A stretch of 63,834 nt of DNA, the filler included, from Octopus bimaculoides (Eukaryota): the NCBI RefSeq assembly GCF_001194135.2. It is 9 parts of 9 records of this genome, joined end to end, with 100 filler letters (N's around TTAATTAATTAA, not from the genome) between each part and the next. Parts side by side here need not be neighbours in the genome. Positions count along the whole stretch, not along the records: positions 1 to 25,239 come from NC_068987.1; 8 more parts are not named here. One strand, written 5' to 3'. A model generated the notes under the pieces. It saw nothing but the letters and a program-made list of their open reading frames with translations, was not told where the DNA came from and did not search any database. Position numbers and translations under genes: made by a program. Shown in pieces: positions 1-11,855 of the stretch; the stretch's first letter is position 1; the number at the start of each line of letters is the position of its first letter.

Positions 1-42
<42 letters not shown>

Positions 43-106
43 ATATATTATATTGTTATTATTTGTATTATATATTGTTCGTGTTGTTATCATCTATATT
101 AGCATA

Positions 107-164
<58 letters not shown>

Positions 165-186
165 GTAGTAGTAGTAGTAGTAGTAA
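1..186. repeat. Compound microsatellite (TAC)n ... (ATT)n(AGT)n
   Basis: Read directly: (TAC)n at 1-41, (ATT)n at about 108-163, (AGT)n at about 163-186. Confidence 0.97.
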
Positions 187-1397
187 TATGGCATTTTAGG
201 TGAATAGGCAGCTTAAGTGCAATATATTTGCTTCAAGTGCCTAGTAATATTTTTCTTCAACAAAACACTAATAAAGCAAACATTATTGAAATAGTTTGTT
301 CTGCTGGGAAAAAGACAACAATGGTTTAGACTATACAAACGCTTGTCTAAACACATTATATAATTGGTACTTATTCTATCATCAGATATTCTTTAAAGTT
401 AAACGCTAGTCTTTAGAAAAAACAATTTGAATTCCAGAGAGTTACTCATTTCGAAATTTCTGGACATTTAAAACATAAAAAAATATATTTACACCAGGAC
501 ATTTCTATGTAGATTCCAATGTAAATATTATATTCCATTCAATCCAAGTGTTATATTAGTTTACTGTTATGAAAAATGTGGGTATTCTAATAAAAACTAC
601 TTATATTCTATTCAGATTAACAACGGCGGAAAACTCCAAAATTAACATTTTCTTTAGTTCTTTAAAATTATAGTGAAAATAATGATATGCTCATTAAATT
701 TGGCAGAGACATAGAAACAACGTAAGGAGGTATTTTTTTCCAACTGCTCATGATCGTGTACAGTATATAATGGCCGGTATTATTAGTACTTTTATTCTCG
801 ATCTGAAGGGATATAAGACAAATTCTTTTCCACCGTTATGTAAGTGTTAAGATATTAAAAATCAGTTACTTTCTCTCATTTACATTAAAACCAAACAAGC
901 AGGCGAAATAATTATCGCAAAAAGCTTCCTTACATATCGAAATTGATGTCGATTAATCTGAGATCATAGAATTTTTTTTTTTTTTTTAAAAGAATAAGAA
1001 AAACACAGGAAGAAAAAATTCTCATTTCACTAAAGCATGTCTGAAACTGTTTGAAGGGAATGAAGGGGAAAATTCAATTGACTGAAGAATTGGAAAAATA
1101 ATTAGAATATTAATACTTGAGGTTTTACATCAAACACAAATTTGTGTTTGAAATTAGATTATTATGAGAAATAACTAGTTAGTGGAAACTTCTGTAAATA
1201 ACACTGATATATGTCGCAAGCCTACGGTAATAACAAACTGCTTACGTATAATTATCCACTTTATATAAAATAAAATTGTGTTTTATTTTTCAAGCATATG
1301 CGTCTACGAATTCATGCGATGTCCAAAAAAAAACGCAATTTAATCATCATCTAATTGAGAATACGATGGTGATATTGTTGCAAAAATTTATGTATAT

Positions 1398-1456
1398 TCT
1401 TCTCATACATTCCTCTTGCTCTCTCACTTTCTTTCTCTCTCATTTTACAGGTGAGT
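1398..1456 (+). other. Candidate recursive splice site (3' ss directly followed by 5' ss)
   Basis: About 50-nt pyrimidine tract, yUnAy branch-like CTCAC at 1423-1427, then TTTTACAG|GTGAGT with AG at 1449-1450. Confidence 0.5.
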
Positions 1457-1891
1457 AGTGATTTGCGCGTCTGTACGTTACTTTCTGTGAAAGTTGTCTA
1501 AATACGTGGGGACATGAAGGATAAGCCAAATCCAATTTAACTGATCTGCAAACTTACTAAACGCTCAGTGGTTAGTTTGGCTGATGTAGATCGTATCACA
1601 AACAGAATATTGACATATCAATGAAAAGTGTGGTGAAGCTGTAACTGAAATTGCTTATGATGCTGAATGAACGTGATGGAAGTGCAGTGTCTTGTGTCGC
1701 AGAAAAGACGGAAGAAGAGAAGATCTCTGGCTGGAGAAACGTAAGCAGAGGGCATTGACTGAAAATATCTTTCCTGGTGTTTAAAAACGTCCCTGAGTCG
1801 AGTGAGAGCTTACTTCCTTAACTCTGATGGCATTGCTGCTGTCGTTAGGGAGTAATTCATATCCTACATCCTGCTTCTGCTCGTGGCTTAG

Positions 1892-2870
1892 GGGTGCTCA
1901 AATTTCATTAACGTTGCTCCTGATCGTGTACGATATATATGGACTAACAGCTTAAGCCGCAATAGCACATCCGATGGCAACAATGACAGCAGTGACGGTG
2001 ATGAGCAGAGCAACAGCATAAGCGGGCACAATGCCTCCACCGACAACAGCGGTGACGGCGGTGGGGGCAGCATCGCTTCAAACAGCAGAGATAACAATAC
2101 CAACAGTTACGATGGAGGCAGCGGCACTAAATTTACGCGCAGATCCACTAGAAGGACATCCAGGAATATCAGCACGGTGAGAAACACCTCCAGCAACTAC
2201 AAAGACTTCTGGTCCGTTGTTAACGAAACCAACATCGATGGTAGCACATCCAAAACACAGACACGAAAACATGTCGGTTTAACCGCGACACATTTTAAGG
2301 AACACATGAACAACCACAAGTCCTTTTTTAGGATAGCGGAAAGGCGCAGTATCACGTCTCTGGGCAGGTATGTATGGTGATTAAAAGTGGAAGGAACCCC
2401 ATACATAATTGAATGGATGCTCCTTGAACGAGCAGAAGCTTGTATAAAAGGGAGCAAATGATGTAATCCTTGCTCGGTTGAGAGGGAAACAATCCTATAA
2501 AAAATGCTCGACCCGAGTTATTTTTACATTCCAGAAAGGAGGTATTCACTCAATGCCTCCATCTAAAATGTTTCCTCTTCAGACTTGGAATTCCCCATTC
2601 GGTAAATAGTTCCGCTGCAGCTCCTCCAAATATCACAATGGCAAGAGTCGATAAATGCGAGATAGCCCATCCCCTCTAATCACGTCCCGCTCGTAGTACG
2701 GATAATTATTTTTTGTCTCCAAAACCAACTGATCGTTACGTATTTCCTTCTCCAGCTGTAGAGAAGTTACGCGCTTTCAGCCCTTTTGAGTTTGACGAGT
2801 CGCCTATACTGATAAGCGTTTTATAGGTGCGAAACCAACAGTCACTCTATGACCGACTATAGCTTTTAAG
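1892..2870 (+). mobile_element. Penelope-like retroelement 3' remnant (linker, GIY-YIG endonuclease, 3' UTR)
   Basis: One frame from 1892 reads ...RKHVGLTATHFKEHMNNHKSFFRIAERRSITSLGRYVW*LKVEGTPYIIEWMLLERAEACIKGSK*CNPCSVERETIL*. This matches the PLE GIY-YIG pattern YIGxTxxxFKxRxxNHKxSF...STxLSxYIWxLK...WxIxxxA...CxLC. In-frame stops show decay. Confidence 0.8.
2804..2862 (+). ncRNA. Degenerate type I hammerhead ribozyme in PLE 3' region
   Basis: CTATA-CTGATAA-GCG..TGC-GAAA-C..GTCA/TGAC hairpin..GAC-TATAG. Stem I is CTATA/TATAG. The core carries G8>A and the triplet reads GAC instead of GUC. Confidence 0.5.
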
Positions 2871-4507
2871 TTCTTAAGAACCATATTATCTGGAATATGC
2901 TTCTATTTCGAATATATGAACTATTGGCGATACATATAAATATATTCACATACACAACTTTACATGTATACATATGCAAATTAGAAGCACATATTTTCCG
3001 GAGCTAATAGAATTGTTCTATATCTTAAAGGAATGGCTATTTGTCTAGGACTAGTCAAATGATCTACATATCTCCCATGAGACGCTAATACGGGTTGTGA
3101 ATAGATTAAATGTTCATCTATTCCTTGAATGGCAGAGAAATAAGTAAATCTGCCGTGTTTATAGTCAACCCATAGGTTTTTCTATGTATGTGAGTCCCTT
3201 ATGTATGAATGTGAATGTGCACGCTCCAAATACATGTCTCTAAGAACAAATAGATTTCTCAATTCTACTGATATTATAGATGGAACATAGATTAAGGGAA
3301 TTCTTCATGAATAGCATGGAAATATTGATGATAAATTTGTAAATATATCTAATAGTGCCTTTAGCTGCACCGAAATTATCATCAACAAAATTATCGTATA
3401 TTATAAGCCATATCCATCTCGTTGTCTAAGCTACAAGAATAACTGCAATATATTTTCAGAAATAACATCAAATTTGTAGCAGCGTATAATTTCTCTGGCA
3501 GTTTTTATTACGAAATTCTTGACGAAACAACTTCTAGGACCTTTCACTGAAATTATTTATGTATAGTGAATATTTCATTACTATTTATTACATGCCTCGT
3601 TTCATTCGTTTGTCTTTTCATTCCCGTTAAATATTTAATATCCTCTCTTTAGTGAATTAGTCTGTTACATGTTTAATCGAAAACTAATCTGCTCAAACTG
3701 TTTCAGTCATGAAGTTATACTTGCCAGTATACCTGCACGGGCTCTTCAAGACACCTGATGGTTACGAAGCACAGTATACTCAGAACAAAGCCCATATTCA
3801 TGCAAGAGAACAGGTTCCGCTAAACGTGGATGGGTTAAACCTCCAGTATACGTACATACATGCATGTATGCATTCTGTTACACTCGAATAACTTAGCACT
3901 GAAGTTTTATCTATATTCTAAATATAAATCCTTTAAAACTATTTCTTAAAACTGAAGATTATCGGCTAATATTCAAAACAAAATATTTTCAAAACAGAAT
4001 TAATAAAATACTTTAGAGCTGATTCTGAAAAAAATGCGACAATTCTGTCCGATTTACTTAAAATTCGCGCAATATGTAAAATTAATATCACTATTCTTGT
4101 TTTCCATCTGAGAAAATATATTGGCATAAACAGTGTTTAAACCATTTGGATACAAAATTGCGTTCAACATTTGTTGAAAGACAATCTAGTAGTAAGAAAA
4201 TATTTATTATAATCATATGGGAGGGCGTCTTCAGCTGAAATCGTAATACTATATATCATAGCAACAAGGATGAAAGTATTTATATTGTCAATGGTCGGTG
4301 TGTATAATTTTAGTCAGAGTAGTAAATGAACTTGCGAGTATTACAGCAAATAGTTATCCGTGTAATTTATTGCATATTCTCATCGGCATATGTTACATCA
4401 TTAACTAATGAAGCAATTAATAATTGTTACGCTGTGGAATGATGAGATACTAATCGCATTTTTTACTGATTTTTTTCTTTCTTTTACTCTGGGAAATATT
4501 AATTTAG

Positions 4508-4696
4508 ATTCATGTCTCAAACCGATATAGAGGAGCAGAAGGTTGCAAAAAGGTGTGGAAAATGAATACGGGAAAGAAAGTGTGTGCAAATCATAGCGTG
4601 TTGAACTATGGGGCAGATGGAATTGGGAAACCTTACTACGACAGGACTTGCCAAGATATTCCGTGTAAACAAGTGGATGAATACAAGAGCTGTTGA
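4508..4696 (+). CDS. Candidate terminal exon, Cys-rich peptide with TSP1-like C-terminal spacing (unverified)
   Basis: TACTAAT at 4448 and pyrimidine tract 4458-4491 precede TTTAG|. The frame is open for 62 codons: IHVSNRYRGAEGCKKVWKMNTGKKVCANHSVLNYGADGIGKPYYDRTCQDIPCKQVDEYKSC*. Confidence 0.25.
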   Translation: MHVSNRYRGAEGCKKVWKMNTGKKVCANHSVLNYGADGIGKPYYDRTCQDIPCKQVDEYKSC

Positions 4697-5823
4697 AGGC
4701 CAACTAAAACAACTTCTGGAGTTGGGTGAATCTAAAATGATGCTCATTATTTAATCCTTCACTTCAAGACCCATAAATATTTCTCATTAAAGCATTGGTT
4801 TTCATATAATTAATTTTCATACAGCTTTTATACTATTTTCGTTCACTTACTCGATATAACTTACATTTTATCTTGGGTAACTTTCCTTTTTAACAAAGGA
4901 AAATTAAATTACGGTACGAAATTCTCCATAAATATAATAATAATGGCTGACATAAAGTTTTTATTCAATCAAGGGTTATATCGAAGGAAACAGCCAAAAT
5001 ATATAAATACAGCGGAAAAATCGAAACCTATTCGGAGAAGTAAGCACAAGATTTCATTTTTCTGGTACTTGATTATATGGTAAGTGAGGAATCGAATGAC
5101 AAGTAGTAACCCATTAATTTTCACAATCGTGATGATTTATTTATGATAAAGGGGATTTTTAGAGAGAATTTAATAATTACCTAATTGAAGTTGCTTGTGT
5201 CTCTTACGTATTTTATCCAAGAGGAAATATGCGATTTCAAGGAGAGCCACTTGGAAAAAAAAAGAGGCATAATTTCAGCTGTATCTACGTTTGACAATAT
5301 TACAAGAAAGATGTATATCGCACCAGAATAATCATGAGAGGCTTTGAAGATAACGAGGAAAATACATTGAATAAAGTTGTTCGACAATAGATATGAGGTG
5401 ACGGGCACAGAACTTAAATGTGAAAGCCATCCGATCCAAGAATCCGTGAGAGAAATGTTAGTGATAACTCAAGTTGTATCCAGTGTTCCAGTTGGATTTT
5501 CGGTTTATTTAATATTCCATCTCAACGAGTGATTTAAATTGGAATGTCGGTTATAGTGATTATTGTACAAAGTTAATGCGAAAAGTATATGCGGCACATA
5601 ATTTGGTGAAATGACATTGAGTCCAAGTAGTAGACCATTTTAATGCTTTTCTGTTTGTTTCAACCGCGGTTATCTGTGTTGAGGATTATGGTTCTGATAG
5701 TATAGTATGATCTCAATATTAATAATCATTGAGCTATTTGTGTTGAAAGGAAATCTGAATATATATTTTCTTCAACTCTTTCTCTGTCCCTCTTTCGCTC
5801 TCGAAAACAATTACAATTCATAG

Positions 5824-5858
5824 AAATTAACGTGAATAACAATACACACGCCGAAGAG
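5824..5858 (+). other. Candidate 35-nt exon
   Basis: Pyrimidine tract 5766-5802, first downstream AG at 5822-5823, donor GAG|GTAAGA at 5858. One frame is open (xINVNNNTHAEE). Confidence 0.2.
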
Positions 5859-7627
5859 GTAAGACATAATATTAGAAAGTTAGGTATGAAGAGTTGATGC
5901 GTCAATTTTAAATAATAGATTATTTTTCATAGGGATTCAAAATTTGAGAGCGAAATTCTATTTAAACAATGAGATCTCCACTGGCAATAACTCCTCCGAA
6001 GCATCGTATGCGGTTGATGTAGAGTGTAAAACGCTTCTGTTTTTCAGTAAATGATTGAAAATAACCGCCATAGTTGAATGAATCAAGTTTTGTACACATT
6101 TACAAAATTATTTTGATGATATTTATAGAAGCGATACAGAATTCCCATTTCATAGTTTCTAAAAGGAACAACGCCACATAAAATTGCAATGATTTGGCGA
6201 TATTTTAAATTTTACTAAGGCGAAGTTAATATTTCTAAATTAGTCTTCACAAATGTACGTTATAATATAAAAATAGAGATGATCATAAACACACATCCTC
6301 CTTTCTCTTCATAGAAATCTAAATATAGAACCTATGGTTATTTCATTTTCAATCGATTTCATATTCTAAAACATTTCAACAAATCGTAGGTGATAGATAC
6401 GTTTTTGCGTTTCTGCTTTCTTTTTGTCTGTGCCATCCATCTGTCTCTTTTTTCCCTTTTCTCTCTTCTTTCACTTTATCGTTTCTCCCCACCTTGTCAG
6501 ATCCGCGCATATGCGCACACATACATATGCCAGAAGACTTAGATATACACATACACCATTTAGTTTTAAGTGCATCAATAACCACAACTGATATTGACTG
6601 ATTTAAGTACTCTTAAGATTTGATTACAGTAATGATATCTTCTCAATAAAGGAGCACTATAAATCAAGTCTCGGTATATATATATANNNNNNNNNNNNNN
6701 NNNNNNNNNNNNNNNNNNNNNNNNNNNNNNNNNNNNNNNNNNNNNNNNNNNNNNNNNNNNNNNNNNNNNNNNNNNNNNNNNNNNNNNNNNNNNNNNNNNN
6801 NNNNNNNNNNNNNNNNNNNNNNNNNNNNNNNNNNNNNNNNNNNNNNNNNNNNNNNNNNNNNNNNNNNNNNNNNNNNNNNNNNNNNNNNNNNNNNNNNNNN
6901 NNNNNNNNNNNNNNNNNNNNNNNNNNNNNNNNNNNNNNNNNNNNNNNNNNNNNNNNNNNNNNNNNNNNNNNNNNNNNNNNNNNNNNNNNNNNNNNNNNNN
7001 NNNNNNNNNNNNNNNNNNNNNNNNNNNNNNNNNNNNNNNNNNNNNNNNNNNNNNNNNNNNNNNNNNNNNNNNNNNNNNNNNNNNNNNNNNNNNNNNNNNN
7101 NNNNNNNNNNNNNNNNNNNNNNNNNNNNNNNNNNNNNNNNNNNNNNNNNNNNNNNNNNNNNNNNNNNNNNNNNNNNNNNNNNNNNNNNNNNNNNNNNNNN
7201 NNNNNNNNNNNNNNNNNNNNNNNNNNNNNNNNNNNNNNNNNNNNNNNNNNNNNNNNNNNNNNNNNNNNNNNNNNNNNNNNNNNNNNNNNNNNNNNNNNNN
7301 NNNNNNNNNNNNNNNNNNNNNNNNNNNNNNNNNNNNNNNNNNNNNNNNNNNNNNNNNNNNNNNNNNNNNNNNNNNNNNNNNNNNNNNNNNNNNNNNNNNN
7401 NNNNNNNNNNNNNNNNNNNNNNNNNNNNNNNNNNNNNNNNNNNNNNNNNNNNNNNNNNNNNNNNNNNNNNNNNNNNNNNNNNNNNNNNNNNNNNNNNNNN
7501 NNNNNNNNNNNNNNNNNNNNNNNNNNNNNNNNNNNNNNNNNNNNNNNNNNNCCTAAGCCTGTTATACGTACAAAATTTAACAGATAAATACTAAATATGA
7601 TTTCTAGACAAAAATTTTTCATGGAAA

Positions 7628-7642
7628 ATATTATTATTATTA

Positions 7643-7706
<64 letters not shown>

Positions 7707-8816
7707 TTTTATATTGATTATAACGCTAACCTTATCGATATATCAACTCTTGTTTTGATGCGTCCATATGGGGCCTACCACAAAATTACACTCTTATTCA
7801 TACAAAAATATTCCTAAGGGCAATAATAGTTCATAAGAAAGCGCCTCTTGCAGTACAAAGTACAAGCAAATAGAATCTAAAGCGGTGTGAACTTAATATT
7901 AAGTAGTTAAACTGTGTTATGCGGCGGTAGTGGTGGTGGTGTCTTAAATGAGTAAATCTCATGCGGTCAACAATAAATGTATGTAGACCCATGAGCTGAC
8001 TGAAAATTAAGCCCAGAATGAAAAGTTAATTTAAACAAGCTAATACATGGTGTAGGAAGTAAAGTCAAGTTAAAGTATCGTTAGTTGCAAATAACGTCAT
8101 TGCTGAGATGGCAGGTACAGGCTCTCTTAGGTGAGGTGTAGTTGAGAGGGATTGAGTACTTATGCTCTCTGTATTTTGATTAGGATCATAGTGGAAAGAT
8201 CTGGCATTATTAAAGGGGTTGAGAAGGTTATATTAAGGAGAGATAGATTAATACATATAGTTTGTATTTAGCTATTGTGTGGGGGAGGTGGAATTTATCT
8301 CGGATATGTTGGTGAAGGGATATTACTCCTGGATTACCTATAAGTGGCCTAGGAGTGTAATACTATGAAACTAGCTTTAATTTGGAAGTTAATATATGCC
8401 ATCATTTAGTATCGAAATTTATTATTTCTGTGGTGAAGTGGTCTGGGTGTTATTTGTGGGTTTGATGCAAAGGGTCTCTAAAGCTCCTTATATTTAGAGA
8501 AGGTAAATTTACCCTTGCGCAGGCAAGTTAGTTACTTTCTTCCTTCAAGTTAAGTAATGCATGTTGCGTCGCTAGAATGAAAATTTCTTCATTGATTGCT
8601 GACCCCATTAGATTTACTTATTTGATAACTCCCACCACCGTAAGACAACTCTTAAAATTGTATTTGCTTGGACTTTGTACTGCAGTAGGCGCTTTCCTAT
8701 GAACAATTATTGCTCTTAGGCATATTTTTTTATGAATAGGTGTCATTTTGTGGTAGGCCCCATATTGATGCACCCAAACAAGGGTTGATATATCGACAAT
8801 GTTAGTAATATTAACA

Positions 8817-8882
<66 letters not shown>

Positions 8883-8890
8883 TAATAATA
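7628..8890. mobile_element. About 1.1-kb non-autonomous element with about 250-bp diverged inverted arms, bounded by (ATT)n left and (AAT)n right
   Basis: About 7715-7990 is the reverse complement of about 8590-8818. Example: tcgatatatcaactcttgttttgatgcgtccatatggggcctaccacaaaat versus RC tcgatatatcaacccttgtttgggtgcatcaatatgggggcctaccacaaaat. Identity is roughly 75-80% by eye. Confidence 0.75.
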
Positions 8891-9364
8891 TATTAAGTAT
8901 GATTTAGCAAACTGTGGTAGGACCCAGTATTTGTGACCATTATAGTAATTAGCAAGTGATATAATTGTAATCGTTTAATTAATTTGCGATTTTGTACTTA
9001 TGCCTTCTCATAGGTCCATTACGCTGCATGTATTTTGGAATGTTTAGACAATTACTGCTTGTCCAGAAAGACCACCGCTTGGGTACTGTGGTGGCTATAT
9101 CAGAAGATAGATTTAGTCTTATAATTATATAACAGAAAGTCGCTGCTCTACCCATTACCTCCCCTTAACAGTAGTCTCCCCTTAACCATAGTACATTCTT
9201 TTGCATAATGCTTGTTTACATGTTTGGATGGTTTATTTATAACATTATAATATGATAAGCGGCTTTGGGACACCCATAACATATGCTACTTCTCCATCAC
9301 TTATACTTTTTATTTACTTCTTTATTTACATTTACCCCTATAACGGTCTTAATAGCTTGCCCTT

Positions 9365-9420
9365 TGGTTTTTCAATTCAACTGACCAATTATATTGATGG
9401 CTGAACTTTCGTCAATCCCA
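9365..9420 (-). ncRNA. Degenerate hammerhead-like motif with extended stem II
   Basis: RC reads TTGACGA-A-AGTTCAGC-C-ATCAAT-ATA-ATTGGT-CA-GTTGAATT-GAAA. Stems I and III are not recoverable. It lies 3' of the PLE ORF on the same strand. Confidence 0.4.
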
Positions 9421-10440
9421 TTACGGACAACGGGTGGTTGGTCTTTACAATATATCAGTAAGTATATAAATGTAATTAATTTATGGGCATGTTATTTAGA
9501 TAAATATTAATTTCTGCTATTTACGAAATTTTAAGTACAATATTTTTTTAGACCGATTGGCGTATCCCGTTATACTAAAGTACTTATTTTACTTAGTATT
9601 ATTTATATAACCTGTAAATCCCAAACAAAGATTAGCCCACCAACTAATATTGTAGTTTAGTCATTTATTCAACAGCCTGTAGCGTTGAATTGCAAAATCG
9701 TATGGTTAAAATATATTAATCAGTTATCCCTCCCCTCAAGGCCCTTTTATTTTCTTTTCCAGCCTTCTATTAAGTAAAGATCTGGTGCATGTCTTCAATA
9801 CATTGTTCACATTTATTTTCTCCTGTACGATACGGTTTAGCTGTACTAATTATCTCCCTTAAGAGAGCTTATTAGTTTGTCAGGCTCGTGCTATTCCTCA
9901 TACTTCTATGGCTAAATGAATTTAAATGGTTAGTTAGTTTTCTTTTGAAAGGTAGCCTGGTGTCCCGTATATTGAAGTACGTCCTTCGCTCAGATGTGAT
10001 TTTGCATCAGTAGGCTAGCTTCTTAGTCTAACGTCCAGAGTTTAAACGGCATTCTTTATTCTTAGCAAAATTACAGAAACCTAATTCACTGTTCCTATTA
10101 TATTTTGTATTAGTTCTCCCTTATGTCTCTGCTGCCCTCGTTTCCGTCGATCAACTATTTTTTCTAAGCTTTTATCAATTGGTGGTAGCACGCTATTAAT
10201 TCTAACTATTCTCATTCCCTGACCTGTGGAGGTATAAGCTTTTGTTGGAGTTGTCTTTGCTCGACTCCAAAGTACGGCTTGCATTTTCCATTAGCCGTAA
10301 CCTAGAGCAGATAATAGCAACGCACAATGCGAGAAGACTATCTTATTTCCGAATAACCCATGAAAATAGTAGAATAGAGGAAACAAAAGTTAAGTAAAAC
10401 TAACACAAAAAAATTAAAACACACAGTAGTCGGGGATGGT
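9365..10440 (-). mobile_element. Second Penelope-like element remnant (linker + GIY-YIG + 3' UTR)
   Basis: Minus frame 10090-9770 reads FCNFAKNKECRLNSGR*TKKLAY*CKITSERRTYFNIRDTRLPFKRKLTNHLNSFSHRSMRNSTSLTN**ALLREIISTAKPYRTGENKCEQCIEDMHQIF, which is the CNC-x-CPLxGxC linker plus the PLE GIY-YIG pattern. Confidence 0.75.
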
Positions 10441-11006
10441 AATAAACAACTACATGAAGGTATAATATGCTGGCAAATTCCATTGAAATTTCCACCGCAT
10501 CGACAGGGATATGAAATTGTTTCATTCAGCCTAGGAGACATAATCTCATTCAGGTAATGCAAATTTTGCATTGAAATATTATGACTAGCTATATATTTTA
10601 AATATTAGAAATAATCCAGAATTTTAGTCAAACGAATCTCTCTAAACTTTGTGTATGTTACCGTCAAAATTATTTTCAATATTATAAACACAGTAAGGAA
10701 AGTATTAATATTTTTTATTATCTTCTGTGACATTTTTATGATAAAACCTCCATATAAATATTTTTAAAAACCGTATGTAAGTCTCTTGTCTACAATCGAC
10801 TTTCCAATAACATCATAAAATTAAAGAATACATTAATATTTGTACATATTTTTATTGAAACTTTCATCGTTAGTGAAATTGCGATGGAAGAGTTTATGTG
10901 TGCGTGTGTAAAATGTGTTTGCGTGTATAGCATACAGATATATATTAGAATGTATGTGTGTATATATATACATATATGTATATGTACATATATATATGTA
11001 CACATA

Positions 11007-11038
<32 letters not shown>

Positions 11039-11781
11039 NNNNNNNNNNNNNNNNNNNNNNNNNNNNNNNNNNNNNNNNNNNNNNNNNNNNNNNNNNNNNN
11101 NNNNNNNNNNNNNNNNNNNNNNNNNNNNNNNNNNNNNNNNNNNNNNNNNNNNNNNNNNNNNNNNNNNNNNNNNNNNNNNNNNNNNNNNNNNNNNNNNNNN
11201 NNNNNNNNNNNNNNNNNNNNNNNNNNNNNNNNNNNNNNNNNNNNNNNNNNNNNNNNNNNNNNNNNNNNNNNNNNNNNNNNNNNNNNNNNNNNNNNNNNNN
11301 NNNNNNNNNNNNNNNNNNNNNNNNNNNNNNNNNNNNNNNNNNNNNNNNNNNNNNNNNNNNNNNNNNNNNNNNNNNNNNNNNNNNNNNNNNNNNNNNNNNN
11401 NNNNNNNNNNNNNNNNNNNNNNNNNNNNNNNNNNNNNNNNNNNNNNNNNNNNNNNNNNNNNNNNNNNNNNNNNNNNNNNNNNNNNNNNNNNNNNNNNNNN
11501 NNNNNNNNNNNNNNNNNNNNNNNNNNNNNNNNNNNNNNNNNNNNNNNNNNNNNNNNNNNNNNNNNNNNNNNNNNNNNNNNNNNNNNNNNNNNNNNNNNNN
11601 NNNNNNNNNNNNNNNNNNNNNNNNNNNNNNNNNNNNNNNNNNNNNNNNNNNNNNNNNNNNNNNNNNNNNNNNNNNNNNNNNNNNNNNNNNNNNNNNNNNN
11701 NNNNNNNNNNNNNNNNNNNNNNNNNNNNNNNNNNNNNNNNNNNNNNNNNNNNNNNNNNNNNNNNNNNNNNNNNNNNNNNNN

Positions 11782-11855
<74 letters not shown>

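Noticed and set aside
1-186. (TAC)n and (GTA)n as a mirror pair like the 7.6-8.9 kb element
   Set aside because: No unique inverted arms lie between them and the window edge truncates the context; compound microsatellites are common here.
2378-2461. In-frame TGA codons in the PLE endonuclease as possible selenocysteine
   Set aside because: They align with non-Cys positions (YIWxLK, GSKRC), fit ordinary CGA/AGA-to-TGA decay, and a TAA follows in the same frame.
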